The notes: a model not told the origin generated them from the sequence alone. Shown: positions 49,614-59,624, numbered from the stretch's first letter. The stretch is DNA of 64,000 nt from Chloroflexota bacterium (GCA_003228195.2 QGNO01000006.1:99-64098), one strand, 5' to 3'. Translations and numbers: made by a program.

Positions 49614-49649
49614 ATTACGCCTGTAATTATACCTAATTACAGGCGTAAT
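49614..49649. repeat. 16-bp perfect inverted repeat in the gyrB-tsaD divergent intergenic region
   Basis: ATTACGCCTGTAATTA-TACC-TAATTACAGGCGTAAT. An overlapping 7-bp hairpin CAGGCGT-GATT-ACGCCTG (49606-49623) competes for the left arm. Confidence 0.8.
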
Positions 49650-49855
49650 GTCAAAAGGAAACTCGGCGTCGGATATGATCCAGATCAAGGATAGAGAGAC
49701 GTGGTCTCCGTGCGAAAAAATATGAATGCAGTAGTCGATAATCGAAGAAATCGAGGAAAAAAAGAGAGCCAACAAATGGCTTCAGTGGACAACATCGCAT
49801 GTGCTAAACTCGAGTTGCACAATGTATGTATGTTTCGTACATGCGAGAAAAGACC

Positions 49856-50881
49856 ATGAAGATATTAGGAATAGAGACATCGTGTGATGAGACAGCTGCG
49901 GCGATTGTGGAGGATGGGCGTGGGGCGCTCTCAAACGTTATAGCATCACAGGTCGACTTGCATAAACCATATGGGGGAATTGTTCCAGAGATAGCCTCTA
50001 GAGAACATCTGTTAAAAATAATTCCCGTTATCAAAGAGGCCGTTAATAATGCGGGGATAGGCCTCAAAGACATAGACGGAATAGCGGTAACTTATGGGCC
50101 AGGCTTGGCGGGGTCATTGTTGGTGGGGGTGAATGTTGCGAAAAGCTTGGCGATGTCGTTGGAGCTGCCGCTATACGGAGTCAATCATCTGAAAGGGCAC
50201 ATTTACGCTGCTTGGGTTATGGGAGATCCGCCCGAGGCTAAAGCGGCGTTTCCATTTGTTTGTCTGGTGGCGTCAGGTGGCCACACAGAGCTATTGCTTA
50301 TGAGAAACTACCGAGATTTTACTCTTCTCGGTCAGACCAGGGACGACGCTGCTGGAGAAGCACTCGACAAAGCTGCGCGCATTCTCGGTCTCGGATATCC
50401 TGGCGGCCCTGCAATTCAGAAAGCAGCAGACGGTGTTTGTTCTAAAGAACAAATGCCTAGGGCATGGCTGCGCGGTTCCTTAGACTTCAGTTTCAGTGGA
50501 GTGAAAACAGCAGTACTGAATAAGGCTAGAAACCTCGGGCTTTTAGAAGGAAAGAACCGTACAGAAGCACAAGAGAAAACCGCACGAGAACTAGCAGCCG
50601 CTTTCCAAGAGTCGATTGTAGATGTTTTGGTAAATAAGACCATCGCGGCCGTTAAGAAGACTGGGGCACATGGCGTCATAATGGGCGGAGGAGTGACGGC
50701 AAATCTGTTGTTGAGAGAGAGGATGATTATAGCAGCGGATGGATTGCCGATTATAGTTCCTTCTCCAAGTCTATCGGTAGATAATGGGGCTATGATTGCT
50801 GCTGCTGCTTATTTTGAAAACATCCCTGTAGGCCCTGATGGACTAAATCTAGATATAGTCCCATCACTATCCATAGCGTGA
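49856..50881 (+). CDS. tsaD: tRNA N6-adenosine threonylcarbamoyltransferase
   Basis: MKILGIETSCDETAAA N-terminus, HLxGH motif and GGGVTAN. The start is set at this ATG; the track ORF starts at 49826. Confidence 0.92.
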   Translation: MKILGIETSCDETAAAIVEDGRGALSNVIASQVDLHKPYGGIVPEIASREHLLKIIPVIKEAVNNAGIGLKDIDGIAVTYGPGLAGSLLVGVNVAKSLAMSLELPLYGVNHLKGHIYAAWVMGDPPEAKAAFPFVCLVASGGHTELLLMRNYRDFTLLGQTRDDAAGEALDKAARILGLGYPGGPAIQKAADGVCSKEQMPRAWLRGSLDFSFSGVKTAVLNKARNLGLLEGKNRTEAQEKTARELAAAFQESIVDVLVNKTIAAVKKTGAHGVIMGGGVTANLLLRERMIIAADGLPIIVPSPSLSVDNGAMIAAAAYFENIPVGPDGLNLDIVPSLSIA

Positions 50882-50908
50882 CCTGATCACCGCCCGTTTG
50901 AACATATT

Positions 50909-51655
50909 TCAAGCTTCTATATTAAGAACTTCATTGGCAACGTAGCGGCCATCTATTAGTGATGAAAAGGAACGCAAGGGGAGTGAAACCTGGGTCGTTC
51001 CTAGGGAGAAGGACAAAGTTGAGGCCCCCTCAGGGAAGAAATACCCGGATGCATTCAGGCCACTTAAGGCAAGTAACACTCCGCCGATGATCCAAGGAAG
51101 CACGCCACTCCAGCCGATCGTATGCATCCCTAGGAATGTTAAGGCTGCCCCAGCTAGAGTGAGGCCAGCCAAAATTAACGGCCGAAGGGGCTGCAATAAT
51201 TCAACGACTTCCACAGAAGTAATTTTGGCTATCGGTGTCACCGTCTGCGTGAGTTTCTCTCCATCCCTGACAACGCAAATAAGGCGCAGATTGGTGACAA
51301 TAAGGAAATCCCTGTCGCTGCCGGAGTGCCTTAGCAAGCCGGCTCTGCTGTCTAGAACGAATCTAACCCACTCACCAGCAGAAATACGGATCCCAAGGCC
51401 ATTAGTGCCAGTCTCTAGGGACGAGGGCCATAGCAGGGACGAGGGCCATAGCGGCGCGTTCCCGCAGACTACCTCTATTCCTTCTTTTGTATATCCAAAC
51501 CCCATGGCTGTAATGATAGCAAATACTAGCTGGCATAGTGAAGCCCTAGCAAGCGGAAGTGCAATTAGGGCAGGAAATGACAGGGTTGTTTCTAAATCAG
51601 CCACCGGATTCTTGACACCGAAACATGTCGTTTCTATACTGCCCCAAGGCTCCAT
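50909..51655 (-). CDS. hypothetical membrane protein (PH/GRAM-like core between TM segments)
   Basis: Hydrophobic segments (LSFPALIALPLA..., LILAGLTLAGAALTFLG, VLPWIIGGVLLALSGL) flank DFLIVTNLRLICV. The start is uncertain (ATG at 51655, 51685 or further upstream) and no SD was seen. Confidence 0.45.
   Translation of the reverse strand: MEPWGSIETTCFGVKNPVADLETTLSFPALIALPLARASLCQLVFAIITAMGFGYTKEGIEVVCGNAPLWPSSLLWPSSLETGTNGLGIRISAGEWVRFVLDSRAGLLRHSGSDRDFLIVTNLRLICVVRDGEKLTQTVTPIAKITSVEVVELLQPLRPLILAGLTLAGAALTFLGMHTIGWSGVLPWIIGGVLLALSGLNASGYFFPEGASTLSFSLGTTQVSLPLRSFSSLIDGRYVANEVLNIEA
51418..51453. repeat. tandem 18-bp duplication inside the hypothetical membrane protein gene
   Basis: GGGACGAGGGCCATAGCA / GGGACGAGGGCCATAGCG (17/18 identical), which encodes LWPSSL twice on the minus strand. 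Confidence 0.9.
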
Positions 51656-51670
51656 GTTAGGAGGACTGAG

Positions 51671-52041
51671 TTGCGTGAAGTCCATGTTATAAAGCCAGAA
51701 TGTCGAGAAATCGAAGTAGCTTCTGGTGGAATGAAGAGGGTGGCTGGTGTTTCGCAATGTTTGGTAGGAGCTCAGGGCATTCATCTCGCGTTGGCGGAAA
51801 TCTCTCCTGGGAAAAGCTCGAGCCCTCATCGACACACTAATTGTGAATCAGCGATATATGTACTAAGGGGAAAGGGCAGGTTTATGGTTGGGGAAGATCT
51901 GACCAAAGCGATCGAGTTCGGGCCTGGGGATTTCATATACGTGCCCCAGAACGCGCTCCATCAACCCGTTAACGACGGTAATGAAGTGGTTGAATTCATA
52001 GTGGCCCGCAACAGCCCGGTGGAAGAAGTAGAAGAATACGA

Positions 52042-52051
<10 letters not shown>
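51671..52051 (+). CDS. cupin domain protein
   Basis: Cupin motifs SPHRHTNCESAIYVLRGKG and GDFIYVPQNALHQPVN. TTG start with AGGAGGA SD 7 nt upstream. The last 10 nt overlap tRNA-Ile. Confidence 0.75.
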
Positions 52052-52115
<64 letters not shown>

Positions 52116-52229
52116 CTCCTTTGTGCTCGAGGTCGACCCCTATGGACATTGGTTGTCGTGATTGATATCATCTAGCGAGCGAAAACGTCCCCTATGACAC
52201 TAGTATAGCTGCACGTTGCTGAATAGATT

Positions 52230-53357
52230 ATGTATCAACCTCCACGCCAACAGCCTGAAATTGACCTAGAGCAGATTCTCGAAAAGATAAAGGGATTCTT
52301 TAGGCCAGTCATGGCTAAATTCGGGGCTGGTGGCTCAAGTGCCATCTTGCTTGTAGTAGTCGGTCTGGTAGTTGCATTGTGGCTTTTTACAGGCTTCTAT
52401 CAGGTTCGACCGGCCCAGCTGGCGGCAGTTCGCCTTTTCGGGGCTTACGACGAGGCGCTAAAAGGGCCTGGCTTGCACTGGTTTTGGCCAGCTCCGCTTG
52501 GAACCCGTAATGTTGAAACCGTGACAGAAACCCGCAGACTGGAACTCGGTTTTCGTAGTACGGCAGACGGCTCGGTGACGGATGTTCCATTTGAAGCTCT
52601 TATGATCACTGGCGATTTGAACATCGTCGATGTACAACTGGTAATTCAGTATAGGATAAAAGATCTTGGAGCGTATCTGTTCAATGTCGATGACCCGGGC
52701 GACCCTGAGCGCAACATTAGGGCAGGGGCACCGGACGGCCTCACGTTGAAAGACGCTACTGAGGTGGCTTTGCGGCAGGTGGTAGGGCAGAGAAGCGTTG
52801 ATGACATACTGACGATTAACAAAGAGGCCGCACAGGCTGACGCCAGACTCCTGCTCCAGACTATTCTTGATGACTATGGTTCGGGCCTGGAAATATTGGA
52901 AGTCCGCCTGCAGAACGTGAGACCACCAGACCCAGTCAGAGACGCGTTTGACGATGTGGTTCGGGCTCGCGTGGACAAAGAGGCGAGAATAAATGAAGCG
53001 CTTGCGTATCAACAGTCCAGGCTCCCAAGGGCTCGGGGAGATGCACAGAGAATTTTTAACCTTGCTGAGGCGTTTAAACAAGAGAGAATTTTGAAGGCAA
53101 CGGGAGAGGCAAACAGATTCAACTCTGTGTTGGAGGAATATGTTGAGTCCAAGCAGGTTACTCGACAAAGGATGTGTTTGGAGGCGATGGAGGAGATACT
53201 GCCAGGGGTAACGAAAGTTATTATCAACCCGGAAAACGGCGGGAACCTCTTAGAGTTTCTGCCCCTGAGCATTGACGACGGGACCTCAAGCGGGGAGCCT
53301 AAGGCCGCACCGATCATTACAGCGGAGCCAGTAATGACTCCTGAGGCATCAAAATAA
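52230..53357 (+). CDS. hflK: FtsH protease modulator HflK (SPFH/band 7)
   Basis: N-terminal TM segment, SPFH domain (MITGDLNIVDVQLVIQYRI), and pairing with the downstream hflC-like gene. Confidence 0.85.
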   Translation: MYQPPRQQPEIDLEQILEKIKGFFRPVMAKFGAGGSSAILLVVVGLVVALWLFTGFYQVRPAQLAAVRLFGAYDEALKGPGLHWFWPAPLGTRNVETVTETRRLELGFRSTADGSVTDVPFEALMITGDLNIVDVQLVIQYRIKDLGAYLFNVDDPGDPERNIRAGAPDGLTLKDATEVALRQVVGQRSVDDILTINKEAAQADARLLLQTILDDYGSGLEILEVRLQNVRPPDPVRDAFDDVVRARVDKEARINEALAYQQSRLPRARGDAQRIFNLAEAFKQERILKATGEANRFNSVLEEYVESKQVTRQRMCLEAMEEILPGVTKVIINPENGGNLLEFLPLSIDDGTSSGEPKAAPIITAEPVMTPEASK

Positions 53358-53359
53358 AT

Positions 53360-54316
53360 ATGAAACTTAAAGGGATTGGCATCATACTGATAGTAGCCAT
53401 TGTGGTAGGCGGCATTGTCGCCAGCCAGGTGCTGTTTGTGGTAGACCAAACCCAGTACGGGGTAGTAACTCGATTCGGTGAAATCCAGCGGATTATTAAG
53501 ACCCCAGGTCTTCAAAGTAAACTGCCCGTGGTGGAGTCAGTGACTCGTTTTGATAAGCGGCTATTACGGATAGATGTCCCAGCGGAGTCTATGCCGGATA
53601 GGGAACAGCAATTCTTGGAGATAGATGCCTACGTTCGTTACAGGATTATAAACCCAAGGAAATTCTTGGAAAGGCTTCGGGATGAATTCACAGCGGCAGA
53701 TCGCATTGGTAGAATTGTAATGTCTGAGTTGCGCAGGGTTGTAGCTGGATCTGACAGAACTGAGATTATAGGCGGCATTGCACAATCTCAGCCGGATGGG
53801 ACGCTGGTCGTTATTCCACATAAGACAGCAGAGGGTGTGTATACAAGAGAAGCCCTCACGAAACAAGTGCTACGAGACTCCAACAAAGTCATTGGCGCAT
53901 CAGATCTTCAGGACTTCGGGATAGAGATAGTAGATGTACGAATTAAGGCCGCTGACTTTCCTGGCACAGTGGAACAGACAGTTTTCAACAGAATGCGCAC
54001 AGAAAGAGATGTACAAGGTCAGCGTATGCGGGCTGAGGGTGAAGAGCAACACTTAACAATAACCACGGATGTGGATCGACAGGTGGCGATAATATTGGCA
54101 GAGGCAGATCGGACGGCCAACACTGTACGGGGCGAAGGGGAGGCGCAAGCAATAGAAATATTGGCAGATGCCTTAGAAAAAGACCCCGAATTCTTCGCTT
54201 TCAGACGAAGCCTAGAGGCGTATGGCAAGATATTGCCTCAGAAAAGCATCGTCGTCTTGTCATCTGAGAATGATCTTTTCAAGTATCTGGAAGGGCCCTT
54301 AGAGCCTACGAAATAA
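53360..54316 (+). CDS. hflC: FtsH protease modulator HflC (SPFH/band 7)
   Basis: N-terminal TM segment, SPFH domain, and the RAEGEEQ...RGEGEA coiled repeat. It starts 3 nt after hflK. Confidence 0.85.
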   Translation: MKLKGIGIILIVAIVVGGIVASQVLFVVDQTQYGVVTRFGEIQRIIKTPGLQSKLPVVESVTRFDKRLLRIDVPAESMPDREQQFLEIDAYVRYRIINPRKFLERLRDEFTAADRIGRIVMSELRRVVAGSDRTEIIGGIAQSQPDGTLVVIPHKTAEGVYTREALTKQVLRDSNKVIGASDLQDFGIEIVDVRIKAADFPGTVEQTVFNRMRTERDVQGQRMRAEGEEQHLTITTDVDRQVAIILAEADRTANTVRGEGEAQAIEILADALEKDPEFFAFRRSLEAYGKILPQKSIVVLSSENDLFKYLEGPLEPTK

Positions 54317-54461
54317 GCTTAGGCCTACCCCCGCTGTAGACCTTACAATTGATAGACCCCCGAAGTTTTCAAAGGCCACTTCCCATTCTCAGGACGGTTA
54401 TCCGAAAATAGAAAGAGCATATATTTGATTTATTGAAGAAATTGTTTAGCCAGGAATAGTC

Positions 54462-55154
54462 ATGCAGCTACAAGACCCAGCAACGGCTATCATAGGGATG
54501 GTCATAGGCTATTTGGTTGGATCAATTCCTACTGCCTACATTGTGGCGCGTTGGCGTAGCGGCATAGACATTCGTGACTACGGGAGTCGAAACGTTGGTG
54601 CAGCAAATGTGACCCAGCACGTGGGTAGGCTACATGGAGTACTGGTGGGTGTATTCGACATTTTGGCCAAGGGTGTCAGCCCAGTACTGGTAGCCAGATT
54701 TGGAGGAGTTGAGACTGAAGGCCAGGCGCTAGTGGGATTGGCGACTGTACTCGGGCATAACTGGTCAATCTATTTGCGGTTCAATGGCGGCCGTGGCTTA
54801 ACGGTTGTTCTTGGTTCGTTACTGGCGTTGGCACTTAAGGCAGGCGTGGCCTTTTTCTTCGTTGGATTCTTGGGTTGGGCAATTTTTCGCAGCCCTGGTT
54901 TGTGGACTGGAATATCGGCGTTGCTTTTACCAGTGTGGGCAATAATATTTGGGGAGCCAACGGTTGTAATACTTTATACCGTTGCATTGCTGGCCATTTT
55001 GATTGTTAAGAGACTGTTATCGAATCCAGAGGACGAAAGCTCAAAGCTTAAGATCAAGAACAAATTCATAGCACGATTGTTGTACGATCGGGATACGATG
55101 GGGAAAGGGGATTGGGTTACTCGCGGACCACACCGCGGCGAGTGGCGGAACTAG
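54462..55154 (+). CDS. plsY: glycerol-3-phosphate acyltransferase PlsY
   Basis: GYLVGSIPTAYIV..., GSRNVGAANV, HNWSIYLRFNGGRG. Confidence 0.9.
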   Translation: MQLQDPATAIIGMVIGYLVGSIPTAYIVARWRSGIDIRDYGSRNVGAANVTQHVGRLHGVLVGVFDILAKGVSPVLVARFGGVETEGQALVGLATVLGHNWSIYLRFNGGRGLTVVLGSLLALALKAGVAFFFVGFLGWAIFRSPGLWTGISALLLPVWAIIFGEPTVVILYTVALLAILIVKRLLSNPEDESSKLKIKNKFIARLLYDRDTMGKGDWVTRGPHRGEWRN

Positions 55155-55157
55155 GAA

Positions 55158-55640
55158 TTGGCGGACCAATGCTACCGGCATCCACAAGTTGAAACTGGGC
55201 TATCCTGCGGGCGGTGTGGTAAGGCGATTTGCATAAACTGTGTGGTTTATCACCCGGTTGGCATTAGATGCCCAGAGTGTGGCAAGCCGACAGTAATTCC
55301 CATGTGGCAGATAAGCGCAGGCGCGTATGCTAGAGCGATATCAACTGCGCTGTTGCTATCTATAGCAAGCTTGATCTTGATTGTAGGGATTTATTGGTAT
55401 ATTGGCGATGCTTTGGGATACTACATGAGCCTTAGTGGAATTGTGGGACTTGGGCTCTTGCTTGGGAGGACTGTTCACTGGTCAACAGGGGGCAAGCGAG
55501 GGCGCAAGTTACAATGGGTCGCTGGAACAACCACTGTAGTAGTGGGGCTAGTTGCCGGATTCCTCATTGGGATCGGCACGTTGACGTTATTGGCAATAGT
55601 TGTAGCCACATTTTTGGCTGTTCGAACTCTCGAAATTTAG
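55158..55640 (+). CDS. zinc-ribbon membrane protein, function unknown
   Basis: N-terminus CYRHP...CGRCGKAICINC...RCPECG (8 Cys) followed by about 4 hydrophobic segments. TTG start 4 nt after the plsY stop. Confidence 0.55.
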   Translation: MADQCYRHPQVETGLSCGRCGKAICINCVVYHPVGIRCPECGKPTVIPMWQISAGAYARAISTALLLSIASLILIVGIYWYIGDALGYYMSLSGIVGLGLLLGRTVHWSTGGKRGRKLQWVAGTTTVVVGLVAGFLIGIGTLTLLAIVVATFLAVRTLEI

Positions 55641-55703
55641 GTTTGTTTTTTGATGATTTAGCCTCTATACTCACGACACGTTAACAGATGGGATACAGCG
55701 ATA

Positions 55704-56924
55704 ATGGAGTCAAAGCACACCAAGGCGGAAAAAGGTGACAGCGGTGTATTGCTAACGTTCGCCGTCGTTTTTGGACATGCCGTTAAACATATTTACATAG
55801 CTGGGTTTCAAACGATCATATTCCCTGAAATGAAGATTGCCCTTGGATTAAGCAACGTTTCTTTCGGAGCACTCGCTACCGCACGACAGGCAACAAGTGG
55901 GATTACAACGTTAGGAGCAGGATATTTAGGAGATCGATTCAGTGGTCAGACAAGCCTACTCTTGGCAGTTTCCTTGGCCCTCATGGGCATTTCCTATTTC
56001 TTGGTTGGCACAGCCCCCAATTATCTTTGGCTCTTCCTTGCCATGTTGGTTGTTGGGTTGGGCCCGTCTATTTATCATCCGCCAGCCCTTGGGGCATTAA
56101 GCCGAAGGTTTCCTGATCGCAGAGGCTTAATGATCTCCCTTCATGGGATGGGCGGAAGCATAGGAGAGGCCTTGGGGCCGCTCATAACAGCGGTTGCTGT
56201 GACGGTCCTCCTGTGGGATGGTACGTTGCGCTGGAGTTTGGCGCCTGCTTTAGTCATCGCAGGCGTGGTGTGGATTTTGATGAGCAAATCTGCCAGGGTT
56301 GAAGGCGGCGCAGCATCATTTGCCGAATACTTTGGATCACTAGGAGGTCTGTTTAGGAATCGCCAGCTAGTGTCGATCCTGGCGTACTCCGGACTGCGAA
56401 GCATGGGCCAGAGTGCGGTAGTTATCTTCTTGCCAGTGTATCTTCGCGAAGATCTTGGGTTGTCATTGGGTAGAATGGCCATTTACTTGGCTTTGTCACA
56501 GGTGGTCGGAATAGGGGCTCAGCCCATAATGGGATCGCTTTCAGATCGCCTAGGAAGAAAGCGAGTGATTGTTCCTTGCCTGATCGCCTTTTCTGCTTTT
56601 CTGGTAGCGCTATACCTAGTGCAACCGGGACCTTTGATGATACTGGTTATAGTGGGAATGGGGGCGTTTCTCTATTCTATGCAGGCGCTGTTTTTGGCAG
56701 CGGCCTCCGATTTGGGTGGGGCCGAGATGCAGGCGACGATCTCGTCAATGACGTACGCGATGACTTTTATAGCTGCCACCATATCGCCAATTACAGCAGG
56801 GTTCATTGCTGATGCGCTTCAGGTAAAAACCGTGTTTCTGTACGGAGCTATTCTGCTTTTGATTTCTGCTGTTCTCTACGCTCTACAGGGGTCCTCTTAT
56901 GTCGAAAGAGCTGCGGGTGAATAA
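55704..56924 (+). CDS. MFS transporter
   Basis: 406 aa, about 12 TM segments, and an MFS loop motif G.LGDRFSG / LSDRLGRKR. Confidence 0.8.
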   Translation: MESKHTKAEKGDSGVLLTFAVVFGHAVKHIYIAGFQTIIFPEMKIALGLSNVSFGALATARQATSGITTLGAGYLGDRFSGQTSLLLAVSLALMGISYFLVGTAPNYLWLFLAMLVVGLGPSIYHPPALGALSRRFPDRRGLMISLHGMGGSIGEALGPLITAVAVTVLLWDGTLRWSLAPALVIAGVVWILMSKSARVEGGAASFAEYFGSLGGLFRNRQLVSILAYSGLRSMGQSAVVIFLPVYLREDLGLSLGRMAIYLALSQVVGIGAQPIMGSLSDRLGRKRVIVPCLIAFSAFLVALYLVQPGPLMILVIVGMGAFLYSMQALFLAAASDLGGAEMQATISSMTYAMTFIAATISPITAGFIADALQVKTVFLYGAILLLISAVLYALQGSSYVERAAGE

Positions 56925-56947
56925 CTCCCGCTAAGAGGAGCTAGTAA

Positions 56948-58207
56948 TCAGAGCGCCCGCATCGCAGGAGAGCGATAAGCCCAAGCTGCGCTTATTACTA
57001 ACCCCAAGGAGGCGCTAATAGCCACGGCAGTACCTGGGCCGAAGGTCTCAGCCAACCAACCCAAGGCCAACATTGAAAGAGGTGAAATTCCTATCGCAGT
57101 GTTCGCAAACCCCATAGCCCTGCCACCCAAGTGTTCGTCGACGGAAAGCAGCACCAAGGAAAATGCCATACTGACAAAGCCAGACATTCCAAGCCCAGCC
57201 AACATCAAGGCTCCAACAGACAATAAATACGAATTTGACAGGGAGAATATGATCAAGCCCAAAAAGGATACGAAAGTTCCGGCAATAAAGTAGGTCGAGT
57301 TGCGAGCGATACTCCTTCTGGTAGTAATGAAGACAGTAGTTAAAAATGCACCAAATCCTTGAGAAGCAGCAAGAATCCCGAGGAGTGCGGGCCCAACAGC
57401 CAGCACCTTATCTGCGAAGACAGGAATAAGGGGGATATATGAGTAGTAGAAAAGATTCATTGTAAGGATAATGCCCAAGGTTCCTATGATTGCGTGATTA
57501 CTTCGTACTGCTGTTAGGCCTTCCAGTATAGGAGTAAAGATCGAACCTGCTCTTATCAGGACTTTTTGATGAGTGCGGGCAGGGATAGTGAGTAAAGCGA
57601 TCAGGGCGATTACGTAGATGGTAATGATGAAAATATAAGGGGCGGCCGCATCGGCACTTTGCCCCAAAGGGAGAAAGGCAATCAGCCATCCTGCGAAGAA
57701 TGGCCCTAGGCTTCCTGCGGCCATCATGCTCATTCCCTCTAGCGCGTTAGCATAGGGTATGGATTTACGCCCGACAATGTCTAACGCGAAATTACGGCGG
57801 GTTGCCATGTCTAGGGTATGCGGGATCCCATATAGTGCACTCAAAGCTATTATGTGCCAGCCTTGAGCCTGGCCCGAGTAGACCAAAAAAACAGTTGTTC
57901 CAAGCACTAACAAATCGAAAACATGACAAAATATAAGAACAGCTCTCCGATCGAAGGCATCCGCAACTACTCCGCTGAGAATTCCGCCTAACAGCATGGA
58001 GGAAAAGAACGCTACGCCAACGAGTTGAGTTTGGAAAGTGGAATCTGTTAACTGAAGCACCAAGTATCCAGAGGCTACCATCCAGGCCCATCGACCAGTG
58101 TGCCACGCCCAGCTTGTCGCCCAAAGCGTGCGAAAATCTCTGTTTGATAGCAGATCGAGTACTGGAAGTCGAGGTCCAAGTTTTCTATAGCGGGGATGAT
58201 TAGGCAT
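56948..58207 (-). CDS. MFS transporter (MFS_3/EntS-like)
   Basis: 419 aa, about 12 TM segments, N-terminus NRDFRTLW and the GVVADAFDRR motif. Confidence 0.8.
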   Translation of the reverse strand: MPNHPRYRKLGPRLPVLDLLSNRDFRTLWATSWAWHTGRWAWMVASGYLVLQLTDSTFQTQLVGVAFFSSMLLGGILSGVVADAFDRRAVLIFCHVFDLLVLGTTVFLVYSGQAQGWHIIALSALYGIPHTLDMATRRNFALDIVGRKSIPYANALEGMSMMAAGSLGPFFAGWLIAFLPLGQSADAAAPYIFIITIYVIALIALLTIPARTHQKVLIRAGSIFTPILEGLTAVRSNHAIIGTLGIILTMNLFYYSYIPLIPVFADKVLAVGPALLGILAASQGFGAFLTTVFITTRRSIARNSTYFIAGTFVSFLGLIIFSLSNSYLLSVGALMLAGLGMSGFVSMAFSLVLLSVDEHLGGRAMGFANTAIGISPLSMLALGWLAETFGPGTAVAISASLGLVISAAWAYRSPAMRAL

Positions 58208-58420
58208 TTAGGGATAGCATTATATATGAATCAGCCAGGGGCGCCGAGCACTGTGAGGAGAGATGAACCACCATAGCATGTTGATCAAGGAAGGCCAGAT
58301 AGATTGCAAATATCATAAAATTAACGATCCAGTTGCCTGTAGCCTGTCAAATAGTCGAGTTTTTGGTCTAGAATATGGACACACAAAATAGCAGGCACCA
58401 GATCCACAGAGAGGAGCGAA

Positions 58421-59560
58421 TTGTATTTTTCGAAGCTAAGGCTGATTAATTATCGGAATTTTTCTCACCTTACGCTAGACTTGCGAAGCGGCTTGATTTT
58501 CCTTGTCGGAGCAAACGGGCAGGGAAAAACCAACTTGCTTGAAGCCATGTACTTATTGGCGATTTCTAAATCTTATCGCTCGAATGCAGAACGGGAGTTA
58601 GTGGCCAGGAGCCCCCTTGGAAGTGAAAGGATCTCCGAAACATTTAACGTAGCCGAAACTATAGTGGACGGAGAAATCGAGCGCCGTGACGATAGAGTTA
58701 GGGCGATAGTTGGGATTCGGCTAGAGCAGAGAGATGGGGGAGACTTAGTAAGGAAGCAGATCAGAATCAATGGAGCGAGATCAACAGCTAGTGGCTTAGT
58801 GGGGTGGGTGAAAGCCGTACTTTTTACTGCCGATGACATAGGCTTGGTGCATGGGTCGCCGTCTGAGCGTCGTAGATTTATCGACATACTGATATCTCAG
58901 TTGGACCGTGATTATTTGGGCGCGTTACAGAAATACCAGAAGGTGATTTCAAACAGAAATCACCTTCTGCGGTCGATACGGGACCGTAACGCATCAGAGG
59001 CCGAGGTAGATTTTTGGGACACTCAACTATTGAAGGAAGGAAGGCTAGTAATGGAGCGTAGGCTCGATGTAATATCGCAACTTGCCCCTCTTGCTATTGA
59101 AGCCCACTCAGAGCTCTGTGACGGAGAAGCGCTTTCGATTAAGTATTCCCCGTCTGTGAACAAGGGCTCATTTGAGGAAGCCTTGAGCCAAAACAAGAAA
59201 GAAGATTTACGAGCGGGCGTCACTTTGATTGGTCCTCATCGGGATGACTTAGAGGTAGGTCTTAATGGAATGCCAGCAAGCCAGTTCTCTTCTAGAGGAC
59301 AGGCAAGAACCATAGCCCTCAGCCTGAGGCTAGCTGAAGCGGCCTTCCTGAAGCAAAATAGTGGTGACGAGCCAATCCTCTTGCTTGATGATGTTTTGTC
59401 AGAACTTGATACCCGAAGAAGACATCAGGTGCTGGGCGTGGCTGCTAGTTATCAACAGGCCTTCGTGACCACGGCTGAGCCGGCCCTTATAATGGATTCG
59501 CCCGTGAGGGCGAAAGATCAGCTATCTGTAATTGATGGAAATGTCGGAATATATAGATAG
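58421..59560 (+). CDS. recF: DNA replication and repair protein RecF
   Basis: LRLINYRNF..., Walker A GANGQGKTNLLEA, signature SRGQARTIALSLRLAE, Walker B LLLDDVLSELD. TTG start. Confidence 0.92.
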   Translation: MYFSKLRLINYRNFSHLTLDLRSGLIFLVGANGQGKTNLLEAMYLLAISKSYRSNAERELVARSPLGSERISETFNVAETIVDGEIERRDDRVRAIVGIRLEQRDGGDLVRKQIRINGARSTASGLVGWVKAVLFTADDIGLVHGSPSERRRFIDILISQLDRDYLGALQKYQKVISNRNHLLRSIRDRNASEAEVDFWDTQLLKEGRLVMERRLDVISQLAPLAIEAHSELCDGEALSIKYSPSVNKGSFEEALSQNKKEDLRAGVTLIGPHRDDLEVGLNGMPASQFSSRGQARTIALSLRLAEAAFLKQNSGDEPILLLDDVLSELDTRRRHQVLGVAASYQQAFVTTAEPALIMDSPVRAKDQLSVIDGNVGIYR

Positions 59561-59624
59561 CCAGCCGAGGAACTATAAGGATTGATGGGGCAGGATAAAT
59601 TGGTGACTGCTTGGAGGGGAGTCA

